Assembly: GCA_030549815.1 (NCBI GenBank)
Contig: JAUQQQ010000004.1
Location: 85,827-149,826, forward strand
Reading direction: 5' to 3'
Source: a bacterium
GTDB taxonomy: Bacteria > DRYD01
DNA: 64,000 nt
In this document: one piece after another, positions 1-9,312 of the stretch
How the letters are laid out: each line of letters begins with the position of its first letter
How positions within the stretch are numbered: the stretch's first letter is position 1
Program-made: the position numbers and the translations under genes
Notes under the pieces: model-generated
Seen by the model: the letters and a program-made list of their open reading frames with translations, nothing else
What the model was told of the DNA's origin: nothing
Database searches by the model: none

Positions 1-541
1 CCTTATTTATCATCGATATAGCTTTCTCGTTCAACTTTTTCTCAAAATATGCAATAGACAAACCCGTATAAACACTTGAAAAACTTACAGGGAAAAACAA
101 ACTCTTCCTTAAAGTATCTATCCCCTCATCCAGATAATAATTTCCATTACTTGATGTAAAGTAAAGAAAAATATTAGAATAACCATTTAAAAGCGTCAAT
201 ATTTGATATTCCTTTTGTGCCTCTATTATTTCATTTTTCTTTGTAGAATTAAAATTTTGAATAAAAGAAATATACTTGTTATCTAAATCATTTATTACTT
301 CTTGGAGTTTATCCAACTGGTAAGCAGAAGAGAAATAAAATACATAAGCAGCACTGTTATCCACATCTTGGTTTATTACCTGCCAACAATAATCCATACA
401 TTCCTGAAATTTCTGATTGTAATATAATTCGAATATATGATTTACTTTTTCTACCTCGTTTTTTTCTTTCAAATTATCATCTGCCCAAACCATAAACAAT
501 ATTAATAAAAGCAATAAGTTTGTAATAATTAAATTTCTCAT
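1..541 (-). CDS. Exported helical, probably TPR-like protein; 5' part only, runs off the window edge
   Basis: Manual translation from the ATG at 541 (GGAGG RBS upstream) gives MRNLIITNLLLLLILFMVWADDNLKEKNEVEKVNHIFELYYNQKFQECMDYC... with no stop to position 1. Signal-peptide-like N-terminus. Not in the ORF track. Confidence 0.7.
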   Translation of the reverse strand, partial: MRNLIITNLLLLLILFMVWADDNLKEKNEVEKVNHIFELYYNQKFQECMDYCWQVINQDVDNSAAYVFYFSSAYQLDKLQEVINDLDNKYISFIQNFNSTKKNEIIEAQKEYQILTLLNGYSNIFLYFTSSNGNYYLDEGIDTLRKSLFFPVSFSSVYTGLSIAYFEKKLNEKAISMINK

Positions 542-566
542 TCCTACCTCCTTTTTTAATATATTT

Positions 567-1835
567 TTAAGCATAGATCAATGGCTTTATATACTGTAAG
601 ATTTCTCTCTTTTCATGCAACTCTTTATTAATTTCATTTCCTAAAGAATTAGCAGATTGTTTTTTTAGTAGAGCATAAGAGGCCAGTTCCTGAATAAAAA
701 TATCATACAAATTTCTCAATTCATTTGGTAACATACTTTTTCTCCTATTTCTCAATCTAAAATCAAATATTTCTTCTATCATTTGATGATCTAAGAACCC
801 GTTGGCAACTTCCTCTTCTAAAACTTTTCGTATATTATCCCTATCTATTTTCAAAGCCATAAAGAATAGGAAAATGAAAATAACTAAAAGTATTGTAGTT
901 TGTAAAGGGAACCAAAGACAAGCATAGGGACCAACAATATTAGTTGCAACAGAAGCCATAAAATTCCACATAAAATGAGAAAACACAGATAGCAAATACC
1001 CCAAAAATACATAAACGACTTTTAAAGCGTAGTTTTCAGTTATAGTGGCTAACCCAACTGCAAAACCCGAAAACATAGACATCAAAGGATGCCCTAAAAA
1101 ACCCATTATCCATCTTACCAAAACTAATAAAAAGAATCCCCCAATAGCACCAGATTGAGCAACAAATTTTGAGCCATACAATAAATCTTCCACAACTTTA
1201 AAACCTAAAGAAGATGCAAATATATAAACCAAACCATCAATCGGACCATTAAAATTCGTCCTAAAAAATATTATTATTATGGGTATAACAAGAAGTTTAA
1301 AAAACTCTTCAAAAAGTGGAGCACTTATAATTGCACTTAACACATTTCCCATATTTGAACCTAAAACAGAACTAAAAATAACTGAGTTTACTTCGTTTGC
1401 TATTAACGAAAATAGTGTCGATCCTAAAGCACCCCAAAGGAATGCAAAAATAACTAATCCCCATGGCTCTTTCTCATATAAATCAACCTGCCTAACAATC
1501 GCTAACATAATCACACTAAATATTATCGACAAAAAAGATGCAAAAATCCATGTAAATAATCCCAAAATTCCACCAGCTAAATAATTCCTGCCCATCAAAA
1601 AAGTAAAACAAATAAAAGAAAAGAAAAAAATTATAGAAAACATTACTAAAACAATAAAAAACTTAGCATAGAAAGATCTTCTACTTGACATGTTGTTTAT
1701 CTTTTGCAAAACCCCTTGATTATCTATAACAATGTTATTACTAAAATTTTCTTTACCTAATACTAAAACTGATCCACAATTGGGACAAAAGATATAATCG
1801 TTTCTAACTATACTCCCACATACTTGACATTTCAT
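567..1835 (-). CDS. PrsW-family intramembrane glutamic protease with N-terminal zinc ribbon
   Basis: CQVC...CPNC N-terminus; multiple TM segments; PrsW-type motifs APLFEEFFK, GFKVVED, GHP and HFMWN. Confidence 0.85.
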   Translation of the reverse strand: MKCQVCGSIVRNDYIFCPNCGSVLVLGKENFSNNIVIDNQGVLQKINNMSSRRSFYAKFFIVLVMFSIIFFFSFICFTFLMGRNYLAGGILGLFTWIFASFLSIIFSVIMLAIVRQVDLYEKEPWGLVIFAFLWGALGSTLFSLIANEVNSVIFSSVLGSNMGNVLSAIISAPLFEEFFKLLVIPIIIIFFRTNFNGPIDGLVYIFASSLGFKVVEDLLYGSKFVAQSGAIGGFFLLVLVRWIMGFLGHPLMSMFSGFAVGLATITENYALKVVYVFLGYLLSVFSHFMWNFMASVATNIVGPYACLWFPLQTTILLVIFIFLFFMALKIDRDNIRKVLEEEVANGFLDHQMIEEIFDFRLRNRRKSMLPNELRNLYDIFIQELASYALLKKQSANSLGNEINKELHEKREILQYIKPLIYA

Positions 1836-1839
1836 ATCA

Positions 1840-2964
1840 TTACTCAGTAAATATAATTTTTCTTCTTCTTGTCAATGGTGGCAAATCATCCATATCTAAA
1901 CTAAAGCTTGGCTTAGTTTCAGAAAATCCAAAAATAGATTCCTTTCTACTTTCTTTATTAAAAGCGGTCTCTGGAAATTCAGTAGCTATAAGTATTATTT
2001 TAACTTCATCTTTCAAATTTTCGTCTAAAGTAGCACCGAATATTATTTTGGCATCAGGGTCAACAGCCTGATATATAATATTCGAAGCTTTATTTATTTC
2101 AGTTAAAGTCAAATCATTACCACCAATGATGTTAAACAATACTCTTTTAGCTCCTTCTACTTTCATTTCAAGCAGAGGACTATCAACAGCCTTAAGAGCA
2201 GCCTCTTCAGCCCTATTTTCTCCCTTAGCTACGCCTATACCCATCCAACAGCTTCCAGAATCTTTTAATATAGACTGAATATCTGCAAAATCTATGTTTA
2301 TCAACCCAGGTTTTAAAATTATTTCAGTAATACCAACAACACCATGCTTTATAACACTATCAGCCAATTTGAATGAATCCATCAAAGTCGTCGTCTCTTC
2401 AGCAATCGAAAATAATTTATCGTTAGGGATTATAATCATAGCATCAACGTTGGGTTTTAAATTATTAATTCCTTCTTCAGCAATAATCCTTCTTATTTTT
2501 CCTTCAAAAGAAAATGGTTTGGTAACTATAGCAACAGTGAGTATTCCCATTTCTTTGGATATAGACGCGATGATAGGGCTTGCTCCTGTACCAGTTCCTC
2601 CACCCATACCAGCAGTGATAAATACCATATCCGCTCCATCAATAGCTTTCTTTATCTCATCAATACTTTCTTCTGCCGCTTTTTTGCCTAATTCAGTATC
2701 AGAACCAGCCCCAAGCCCCTTCGTAGTATTCTTCCCAATATGCAATTTTTGAATCCTATCAGGTAAAGCTAACAAAGCCTGCGCATCAGTATTAACTGCA
2801 ATAAAATCAACTCCTTTAACATTATCTTGAACTAATCTACTAACGGCATTACATCCTCCTCCACCAACTCCTATAACCTTTATGTTAGTAAACCTAACCT
2901 CCTCTTGATTTATTCTTCTCTTTTCTATCCTCTCGTTTTTTTCATTATTCATCTCTTTTTCCAT
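1840..2964 (-). CDS. ftsZ: Cell division GTPase FtsZ
   Basis: IKVIGVGGGGCNAV, NTDAQAL, GMGGGTGTG, INIDFAD and the C-terminal DLPP core peptide. Confidence 0.98.
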   Translation of the reverse strand: MEKEMNNEKNERIEKRRINQEEVRFTNIKVIGVGGGGCNAVSRLVQDNVKGVDFIAVNTDAQALLALPDRIQKLHIGKNTTKGLGAGSDTELGKKAAEESIDEIKKAIDGADMVFITAGMGGGTGTGASPIIASISKEMGILTVAIVTKPFSFEGKIRRIIAEEGINNLKPNVDAMIIIPNDKLFSIAEETTTLMDSFKLADSVIKHGVVGITEIILKPGLINIDFADIQSILKDSGSCWMGIGVAKGENRAEEAALKAVDSPLLEMKVEGAKRVLFNIIGGNDLTLTEINKASNIIYQAVDPDAKIIFGATLDENLKDEVKIILIATEFPETAFNKESRKESIFGFSETKPSFSLDMDDLPPLTRRRKIIFTE

Positions 2965-2966
2965 CT

Positions 2967-3887
2967 CTACACCCCTCTTACTTGCATTAATTCTTCTATT
3001 TTATCTAACCCTTTCATAAGTTCTCCCAATCCTCTGTAATATTGTGAAATAGTGTAAGGGTCTTCATAGTAAGTAGTAGCCATAACTATTGCCTTGGCCA
3101 CTTTCAGAGGATTCGAGGATTTGAATATCCCCGATCCAACAAAAATCCCATCAACTCCGAGTTGCATAACTAATGCCGCATCTGCAGGAGTTGCAATACC
3201 TCCTGCAGCAAAATTCACAACAGGCAACCTCCCCAACTGAGCAGTCATCTTAACCAATTCAAAAGGTGCTTGTAGTTCTTTTGCTTTAGAATAAAGTTCA
3301 TCTTCACTCATGTTTTTCAACTCTCTAATTTGCTTGTTTATTGTTCTAATATGCTTTACTGCTTCGACTACATTACCCGTTCCTGCTTCTCCTTTTGTTC
3401 TTATCATTGCAGCACCTTCAGCAATTCTTCTTAAAGCTTCCCCTAAATCCCTTGCTCCGCAAACAAAAGGCACAGCGAATTTGTGCTTATTTATGTGATT
3501 TTCAGGATCAGCAGGAGTTAAAACTTCACTTTCATCAATAAAATCAACACCTATGCTTTCCAGTATTTGTGCCTCTGCAAAATGCCCTATCCTGACTTTA
3601 GCCATAACAGGTATGCTAACTGCTTCCATTATCTTGAGTATAAGTTCAGGGTCCGTCATCCTTGCAACCCCACCTTGAGCTCTTATATCAGCAGGGATTC
3701 TTTCCAAAGCCATAACAGCAACAGCTCCAGCTTCCTCCGCTATCTTAGCCTGCTCAACGGAACTTACATCCATTATAACTCCACCCTTTAACATTTGAGC
3801 CAAACCACTTTTAACAATCCACGATCCATAATTTTTCTTTCCAACCTCGTCCTGATTGAAAGGCTTATCCCAAATAGGTATGAACAT
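2967..3887 (-). CDS. pdxS: Pyridoxal 5'-phosphate synthase lyase subunit
   Basis: [50 protein letters not shown]. Confidence 0.97.
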   Translation of the reverse strand: MFIPIWDKPFNQDEVGKKNYGSWIVKSGLAQMLKGGVIMDVSSVEQAKIAEEAGAVAVMALERIPADIRAQGGVARMTDPELILKIMEAVSIPVMAKVRIGHFAEAQILESIGVDFIDESEVLTPADPENHINKHKFAVPFVCGARDLGEALRRIAEGAAMIRTKGEAGTGNVVEAVKHIRTINKQIRELKNMSEDELYSKAKELQAPFELVKMTAQLGRLPVVNFAAGGIATPADAALVMQLGVDGIFVGSGIFKSSNPLKVAKAIVMATTYYEDPYTISQYYRGLGELMKGLDKIEELMQVRGV

Positions 3888-4680
3888 TTTTCATTCCCCC
3901 CATCTTTTCCATTTTTTTTACCAAATTTAAAGCTATCTCTCCTATAATGTTATTTACAAAATACCTACTTACCTGCTCAGAAAAACTACTAAAAATACTA
4001 ACTATAGAATACCTTTTATTAACAAGGGACTCTTCTATAGTTTTATCAAAAAAGATAACTGCCACATCATGAGAAACCCCACTTATATCCCCTGTCTTAT
4101 TACAAACGATAAATTCATTCAAAAAAAGTGGAATTTTTTCCCTATATTGCTGCCTGCTAAGAATATCAAAAAACAATAACGTATTTTTGTCTGACAAAAT
4201 TTCACCATTTACCAACTTATTAAAAATATTCCAAGATTCCCAAGGAGTAGTGAAATTAACAGGAGGATTAACAAGGTCTACCATGAATTTCCTATTGATA
4301 CACGTGTTCTTTAATCCCATTTCTTTTAGAAAATCATTTATTTCATCAAAACTTGTTAAATCAATTAGAGTATTGCTTGCAGTATTATCAGAAATAATGA
4401 GAGCCAAGGTAATAAGGTCAATAATAGAATATTCAGTGATAGATAAATCCTTTATAACTCCTGCTCCTGGAACTTTATTATCTATCTTTACTTTGTCAAA
4501 TATATTCAATTTTCCCTCTTCACACTTCTTAAGAATTAATAAACATAAAGGTACCTTAACAATACTAGCAGCAGGGAAAACAAAATGCTCATTAAAAGCA
4601 AAAATAATTTCTTGGCCAAATGAAGCACAAACACCAAACTCTATGGGAAGATTTTTAACAAAATTCGGTATAACTTTCAT
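3865..4680 (-). CDS. Class A beta-lactamase-like serine hydrolase
   Basis: SxxK (ASIVK), SDN and KTG motifs in the expected order. Confidence 0.85.
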   Translation of the reverse strand: MKVIPNFVKNLPIEFGVCASFGQEIIFAFNEHFVFPAASIVKVPLCLLILKKCEEGKLNIFDKVKIDNKVPGAGVIKDLSITEYSIIDLITLALIISDNTASNTLIDLTSFDEINDFLKEMGLKNTCINRKFMVDLVNPPVNFTTPWESWNIFNKLVNGEILSDKNTLLFFDILSRQQYREKIPLFLNEFIVCNKTGDISGVSHDVAVIFFDKTIEESLVNKRYSIVSIFSSFSEQVSRYFVNNIIGEIALNLVKKMEKMGGMKNVHTYLG

Positions 4681-5957
4681 GCCAATTCAAATAATTCAAT
4701 CGTCTCACTAATAGCATGTCCAAGTTTTTCAACTACAAGATCAATTTGCTCGTAAGAGATAGTATAAGGCGGCTCTATTCTTATCACTTTTGGTTGATTA
4801 AGAGTGTATGCAGTTATAATTTTATTTTGAATCAAATAGGAGAAAATGGATGCTGCAAATTGCTCATCTGTTAATTCAATCCCTATCATTAATCCTCTTC
4901 CCCTAACATCCTTTACAACTTTTCCATCTTTCAGATTTTTTAATTTTTCCAGGAAATACTGTCCCTTATTTTTTACTTCCTCCAAAACACCATTATTGAA
5001 GATAAACTGTATTGTGTAGAAAACAGCAGTTAAGGATGCAGGGTTAGCACCAAAAGTTGAAGTATGGAAAAGAGGGTTTATATCAAAAGCTTTCCATGCC
5101 TTTTTATTGCCAACTATTGCACCAACAGGAAAAACTCCTCCTCCCAATGCTTTTGCTAAAACCAATATATCTGGTTTTATCCCATATTTCTGATGTTCAA
5201 AAATTATGCCTGTCCTTCCCATTCCTGTTTGGACTTCGTCAACAATTAACAACGTTTCAAATCTATCACACAAAGCTCTTAATTTAGGTAAATAATCATC
5301 AGGAGGAATAATAATGCCACCTTCCCCCTGTATTGGTTCTACTATCACAGCTGCAGTTTCATCATCTATAACCCTTTCAACTGCCTCATAATCACCGTAT
5401 TCAACAAAAACCACATCTAAAAGTTGTGGAATACCTTTCTTATAAACATCTCTTCCACTTACACTTAAAGCTCCCAAAGTTTTTCCATGGTAAGAATTGA
5501 AAGTAGAGATAATTTTTTTTCTTTCCGTCGAAGCGATTGCCAATTTTATAGCACCTTCAACAGCCTCAGCACCTGAATTACAGAAAAATACATAATCCAA
5601 GCCCGATAATTGAGTTAATAAATAAGCAGCAGCAGCATGGATAGAACTCAGGAAAACCTTAGTAGGCATGCACTGCTTTTCCATTTGCTCCTTTACTTTA
5701 CTTACAATAAACTCATTATTGTGCCCTAACAATACAGCTCCATACAAACCCAAACAATCTAAATACTCTTCTTCTTGACCATTATTTTTAGTAAATACTT
5801 TTTCACCTTTTGTTCTACTTTCAAGCTTTGCATACCCTGCCAACTTTATTAACTTCGTTAAATTCGGATTTATATGTTCAAAATAAATTTGAGAAATAAA
5901 ATCAGCATCTTCAGAATTATAAATTTCCAAAGCTTTTTTCAAAATTTCATCCATCAA
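4677..5957 (-). CDS. Class III PLP-dependent aminotransferase (putrescine/acetylornithine type)
   Basis: CNSGAEAVEGA, YHGKT, EPIQGEGG, DEVQTGMGRTG, LAKALGGG, STFG. Confidence 0.92.
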   Translation of the reverse strand: MMDEILKKALEIYNSEDADFISQIYFEHINPNLTKLIKLAGYAKLESRTKGEKVFTKNNGQEEEYLDCLGLYGAVLLGHNNEFIVSKVKEQMEKQCMPTKVFLSSIHAAAAYLLTQLSGLDYVFFCNSGAEAVEGAIKLAIASTERKKIISTFNSYHGKTLGALSVSGRDVYKKGIPQLLDVVFVEYGDYEAVERVIDDETAAVIVEPIQGEGGIIIPPDDYLPKLRALCDRFETLLIVDEVQTGMGRTGIIFEHQKYGIKPDILVLAKALGGGVFPVGAIVGNKKAWKAFDINPLFHTSTFGANPASLTAVFYTIQFIFNNGVLEEVKNKGQYFLEKLKNLKDGKVVKDVRGRGLMIGIELTDEQFAASIFSYLIQNKIITAYTLNQPKVIRIEPPYTISYEQIDLVVEKLGHAISETIELFELA

Positions 5958-5970
5958 TAAAACCCCCGAT

Positions 5971-6435
5971 CTACCCTTCTATTTCCAATTCAAAAGATGT
6001 TTTTATCCCACCAGGTAAGTTGAGAGAAATATTGTATATACCCGTAGATTTAATTGGTTTATCAAGTTCGATAGAATGTTTATCTACTTTAATACCAAAT
6101 TTTTCTTCCAAGATTTGAGATATTCTTTCCTTTGTTAAGGCTTGATATAATCTTCCATCTCTACCTACAGGTACTTCCAACTTTAATCTTTGATTTTCTA
6201 TTTTTTCTTTTATTTTTAAAGATTGCTGCTTTTGTCTTTCAGTTTTTCGCTGTATTATTTTTTGTTGTTCTTCGATAGATTTTTTCATTCCTTCTGTTAC
6301 AGGTAATGCTATTTTTTGTGGTACCAGATAATTTCTGGCGTATCCTGCTTTGACTTTAACGATCTGCCCAGCTTTACCTAAATGATAATAATCTTTTACC
6401 AACATAACTTCTACTGTTTTTGACATAATTCTCAA
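5971..6435 (-). CDS. rplI: 50S ribosomal protein L9
   Basis: LGKAGQIVKVKAGYARNYLVPQ signature; C-terminal PIKSTG. Confidence 0.95.
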   Translation of the reverse strand: MRIMSKTVEVMLVKDYYHLGKAGQIVKVKAGYARNYLVPQKIALPVTEGMKKSIEEQQKIIQRKTERQKQQSLKIKEKIENQRLKLEVPVGRDGRLYQALTKERISQILEEKFGIKVDKHSIELDKPIKSTGIYNISLNLPGGIKTSFELEIEG

Positions 6436-6440
6436 CCTCC

Positions 6441-7493
6441 TTAAGGTAATATTTTCTTATATAATTCTTCAATATTAGGAGTTGATATTAAAATAGAAAT
6501 CAGTTTTATAGTGTTTTGTATATCTAAAAGGGAGGTCATTTGATAGGGTGTGTGTATGTATCTGGCGGGTACAGAGATTATAACACAAGGGCCTAAATCT
6601 TGCAAATATCCCGCATCTGTAGAACCAACGTTAGGTTTCTTTATCTGTAAAGGTATTTCATTAACAAAAGCTATTTCCTTTATAAACTCTATCAATTTAG
6701 GATTGGTTATATACGTTTTATCCATGATGGTCAAAACAGGTCCTTTTCCAAGATATGATACCTGGTCCTTTGAAAAAGGCGTTTCCGCAGAAGTAGTTTC
6801 TAAAATGATAATTAAATCATATTTGTTATTACTATTGGCGAAGAACCTAGATCCTCTCAAACCCAACTCTTCCTGAACCAAAAACAAATGTGATACATCA
6901 AGAACGGGATTGACATATTTTAAAAGATGCAAATTTATGTAAGTACCAATTCTATTATCAAAAGCTTTTCCCATTATTAAGGATCCTGAAATTACTTCGA
7001 ATTGGCTTTCAGGTATTACAAAATTACCGACTTCTACGAAATTCCAATTATCTCCAACATCTACATATAAATCCTCAAAAGATTCGAGATTAATTTTTTT
7101 GTTGATGTGAGGAGGAGTTGAAGAAAAAACTCCTTTAACAACCCCTAACTTGGTTTTAATATTAACTTTCATTCCTGGGATGATTTGTAAATTCCATCCA
7201 CCCAAAGGTTCAACTTTTAAATAACATGGTTCCACTTTTTCAGAAACCAAAAATCCAATTTCATCAATATGAGAAGCAATTAAAACCTTAAAATCTGTGT
7301 TTTCCACATCTTTTACACTAATAACATTACCTTTTTTGTCAATAATATAGGGCATATTGAGTTTTTCAAGTTCAGAAACTATAATATTTCTAACCTCATC
7401 TTCATTTCCCGATGGTCCGAATGAATTAGATAAAGCTGACAAAATTTCAAGATCAATCAATATTTGACCTTCTACCACATCCTCTCTTACCAT
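6441..7493 (-). CDS. M42 family (TET-like) aminopeptidase
   Basis: SHIDEIG, AFDNRIG, QEELGLRG, GSTDAG and RYIH metal-ligand motifs. Confidence 0.9.
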   Translation of the reverse strand: MVREDVVEGQILIDLEILSALSNSFGPSGNEDEVRNIIVSELEKLNMPYIIDKKGNVISVKDVENTDFKVLIASHIDEIGFLVSEKVEPCYLKVEPLGGWNLQIIPGMKVNIKTKLGVVKGVFSSTPPHINKKINLESFEDLYVDVGDNWNFVEVGNFVIPESQFEVISGSLIMGKAFDNRIGTYINLHLLKYVNPVLDVSHLFLVQEELGLRGSRFFANSNNKYDLIIILETTSAETPFSKDQVSYLGKGPVLTIMDKTYITNPKLIEFIKEIAFVNEIPLQIKKPNVGSTDAGYLQDLGPCVIISVPARYIHTPYQMTSLLDIQNTIKLISILISTPNIEELYKKILP

Positions 7494-7526
7494 TTTTCAC
7501 CTCCTTAACAAACTCTTTTAATTTTT

Positions 7527-8228
7527 TCAAAACTTGAAAAGCTCATTTCTTGGATACTCCTTTTCAAAATAACTGAAATTATAATACCTATTTATTTTAA
7601 AAATTCTTATTTTATTTTGTTTTGTATTCAAAAACTCAAAAAAAATGGAATCATTACAAGGGTAAGCAATTAGCAAAGTATAATCATCATTAACATTCCC
7701 AAACGCTTTGATATAATCGAAATAAGTCTTAAATTCTATTTTTTCAGCGTCATACAATTGATTTAGAAGGTTTTGGATATTATCTTCCAAAGCAACCACA
7801 AATCCACGCAGTTGAATATCCAAGAATTTATAAAATTCAGGAGTAGAGTAATCCATGAATACCATAACTTGATCATCTTTGTATATATGAGCAATTGTTC
7901 CTAAATTTTTATTCTTTTCTTTCTTTTTATCCTTTTTTTCTTGTAAAATAGGTTTATAGAAAGAAGGGAAAGTTTGTCCCCTTAAATTATAAATCTCCCT
8001 TAAAACATCTATAGAAGGATAATCGAATCTATAAAAAATAAACCTTTGGTAATCCGTTATAACTTGATAATTATCAAACAAAACATAACTTATATAAGAT
8101 TTTAATCTTTCGTTATAATGATTAAAAGTAATCACATAATTTGCGAAAGAAAAATTTAAAACCAATATAATTCCTATGACAAAAATCAACAACACTCTCA
8201 TTTCACTATATAATTCTTGACACAACAT
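7527..8228 (-). CDS. Hypothetical exported protein
   Basis: 233-aa ORF with a signal-peptide-like segment (MRVLLIFVIGIILVLNFSFA); no recognised motif. Confidence 0.6.
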   Translation of the reverse strand: MLCQELYSEMRVLLIFVIGIILVLNFSFANYVITFNHYNERLKSYISYVLFDNYQVITDYQRFIFYRFDYPSIDVLREIYNLRGQTFPSFYKPILQEKKDKKKEKNKNLGTIAHIYKDDQVMVFMDYSTPEFYKFLDIQLRGFVVALEDNIQNLLNQLYDAEKIEFKTYFDYIKAFGNVNDDYTLLIAYPCNDSIFFEFLNTKQNKIRIFKINRYYNFSYFEKEYPRNELFKF

Positions 8229-8229
8229 T

Positions 8230-8261
8230 TTTTATCCTTTTTTGCAGTTTTATCCTTTTTT
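8230..8261. repeat. Two copies of a 14-bp direct repeat (TTTTATCCTTTTTT) in a divergent promoter gap
   Basis: Copies at 8230-8243 and 8248-8261, 18-bp period. Confidence 0.6.
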
Positions 8262-8301
8262 ATAGAAGGTTAAGTTTGATTTTTTATTGAATTAAAATTT
8301 T

Positions 8302-9312
8302 ATGAAAGCAATAGTTAATAGTCCGATAATTATTAATTTTGAAACAAACGAATTTCTTGTTTTGGATCAATTATTATTACCATTTGAGGAAAGATATATT
8401 GAATTAAAGACGGTAGAGGATGTGTATAGAGTTATAAAGAATATGAATGTTCGAGGAGCTCCGTTAATAGGTATAACTGCATTAATTGGCTTGTATTTAA
8501 GTCAAAACATATATAAAGATATGGAGTATTTACAATCTGCTCGCCCCACAGCAGTAAATATATTTAACTATTTTAATCAACTAAAAACTTTACTAAAAAA
8601 CTCAACTAACATTCGGGAAACGATTAAAAAATTTATATTAGAAACAATAAAACAAGAAGAAGAAAAAAACTTGAAAATATCAGAAAATGGCTACAGGTTA
8701 ATAAAGGAGTTAGTTAAAGATAAAAATGAAATTAATATTCTGACACATTGTAACACAGGTTCGATAGCAACAGTAGGATTAGGAACAGCATTAGGTATAA
8801 TAAAATATTGTCATAGGCAATTTTTGAAAGATGGTAAAAAAATTTTTGTATGGGTAGATGAAACCAGACCTTACCTACAAGGAAGCAGATTAACAGCCTG
8901 GGAATTAGAAAAAGAAGGAATAGATTTTAAGATCATAACAGACAATACAGCAGCTTTCGTTATGAGTAAGAATTTAGTAGATGTTATTTGTGTAGGAGCA
9001 GATAGAATAGCGAAAAATGGAGATACTGCAAATAAAATAGGAACATTGAATTTGGCAATTTTAGCAAATTATTTCAATATTCCGTTTATCGTAGCAGCAC
9101 CATCTTCATCCGTTGACAAAAACCTCCCTAACCTCAATAATTTCCCAATCGAAGAAAGAAATAAAGATGAAATCATAAAAATTAAAGGAATAAATATAAC
9201 AAAAGATGAATACAATGTATTCAATCCATCATTTGACATCACACCCGCAAATTTAATAGATTACATTGTTTTAGAAACAGATTCTTATAGCAAACCTTTT
9301 GAATTTAGCTAA
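8302..9312 (+). CDS. mtnA: S-methyl-5-thioribose-1-phosphate isomerase
   Basis: LDQLLLP, VRGAPLIG, ARPTAVN, LTHCNTG, ETRPYLQGSRLTAWEL, NKIGT, NPSFDITP. Confidence 0.95.
   Translation: MKAIVNSPIIINFETNEFLVLDQLLLPFEERYIELKTVEDVYRVIKNMNVRGAPLIGITALIGLYLSQNIYKDMEYLQSARPTAVNIFNYFNQLKTLLKNSTNIRETIKKFILETIKQEEEKNLKISENGYRLIKELVKDKNEINILTHCNTGSIATVGLGTALGIIKYCHRQFLKDGKKIFVWVDETRPYLQGSRLTAWELEKEGIDFKIITDNTAAFVMSKNLVDVICVGADRIAKNGDTANKIGTLNLAILANYFNIPFIVAAPSSSVDKNLPNLNNFPIEERNKDEIIKIKGINITKDEYNVFNPSFDITPANLIDYIVLETDSYSKPFEFS

Noticed and set aside
1279-5287. Plus-strand ORFs 1279-1584, 2294-2752, 3310-3498, 3567-3791, 4187-4711 and 5057-5287
   Set aside because: They are antisense shadows fully overlapping well-supported minus-strand genes, with no motifs or RBS.
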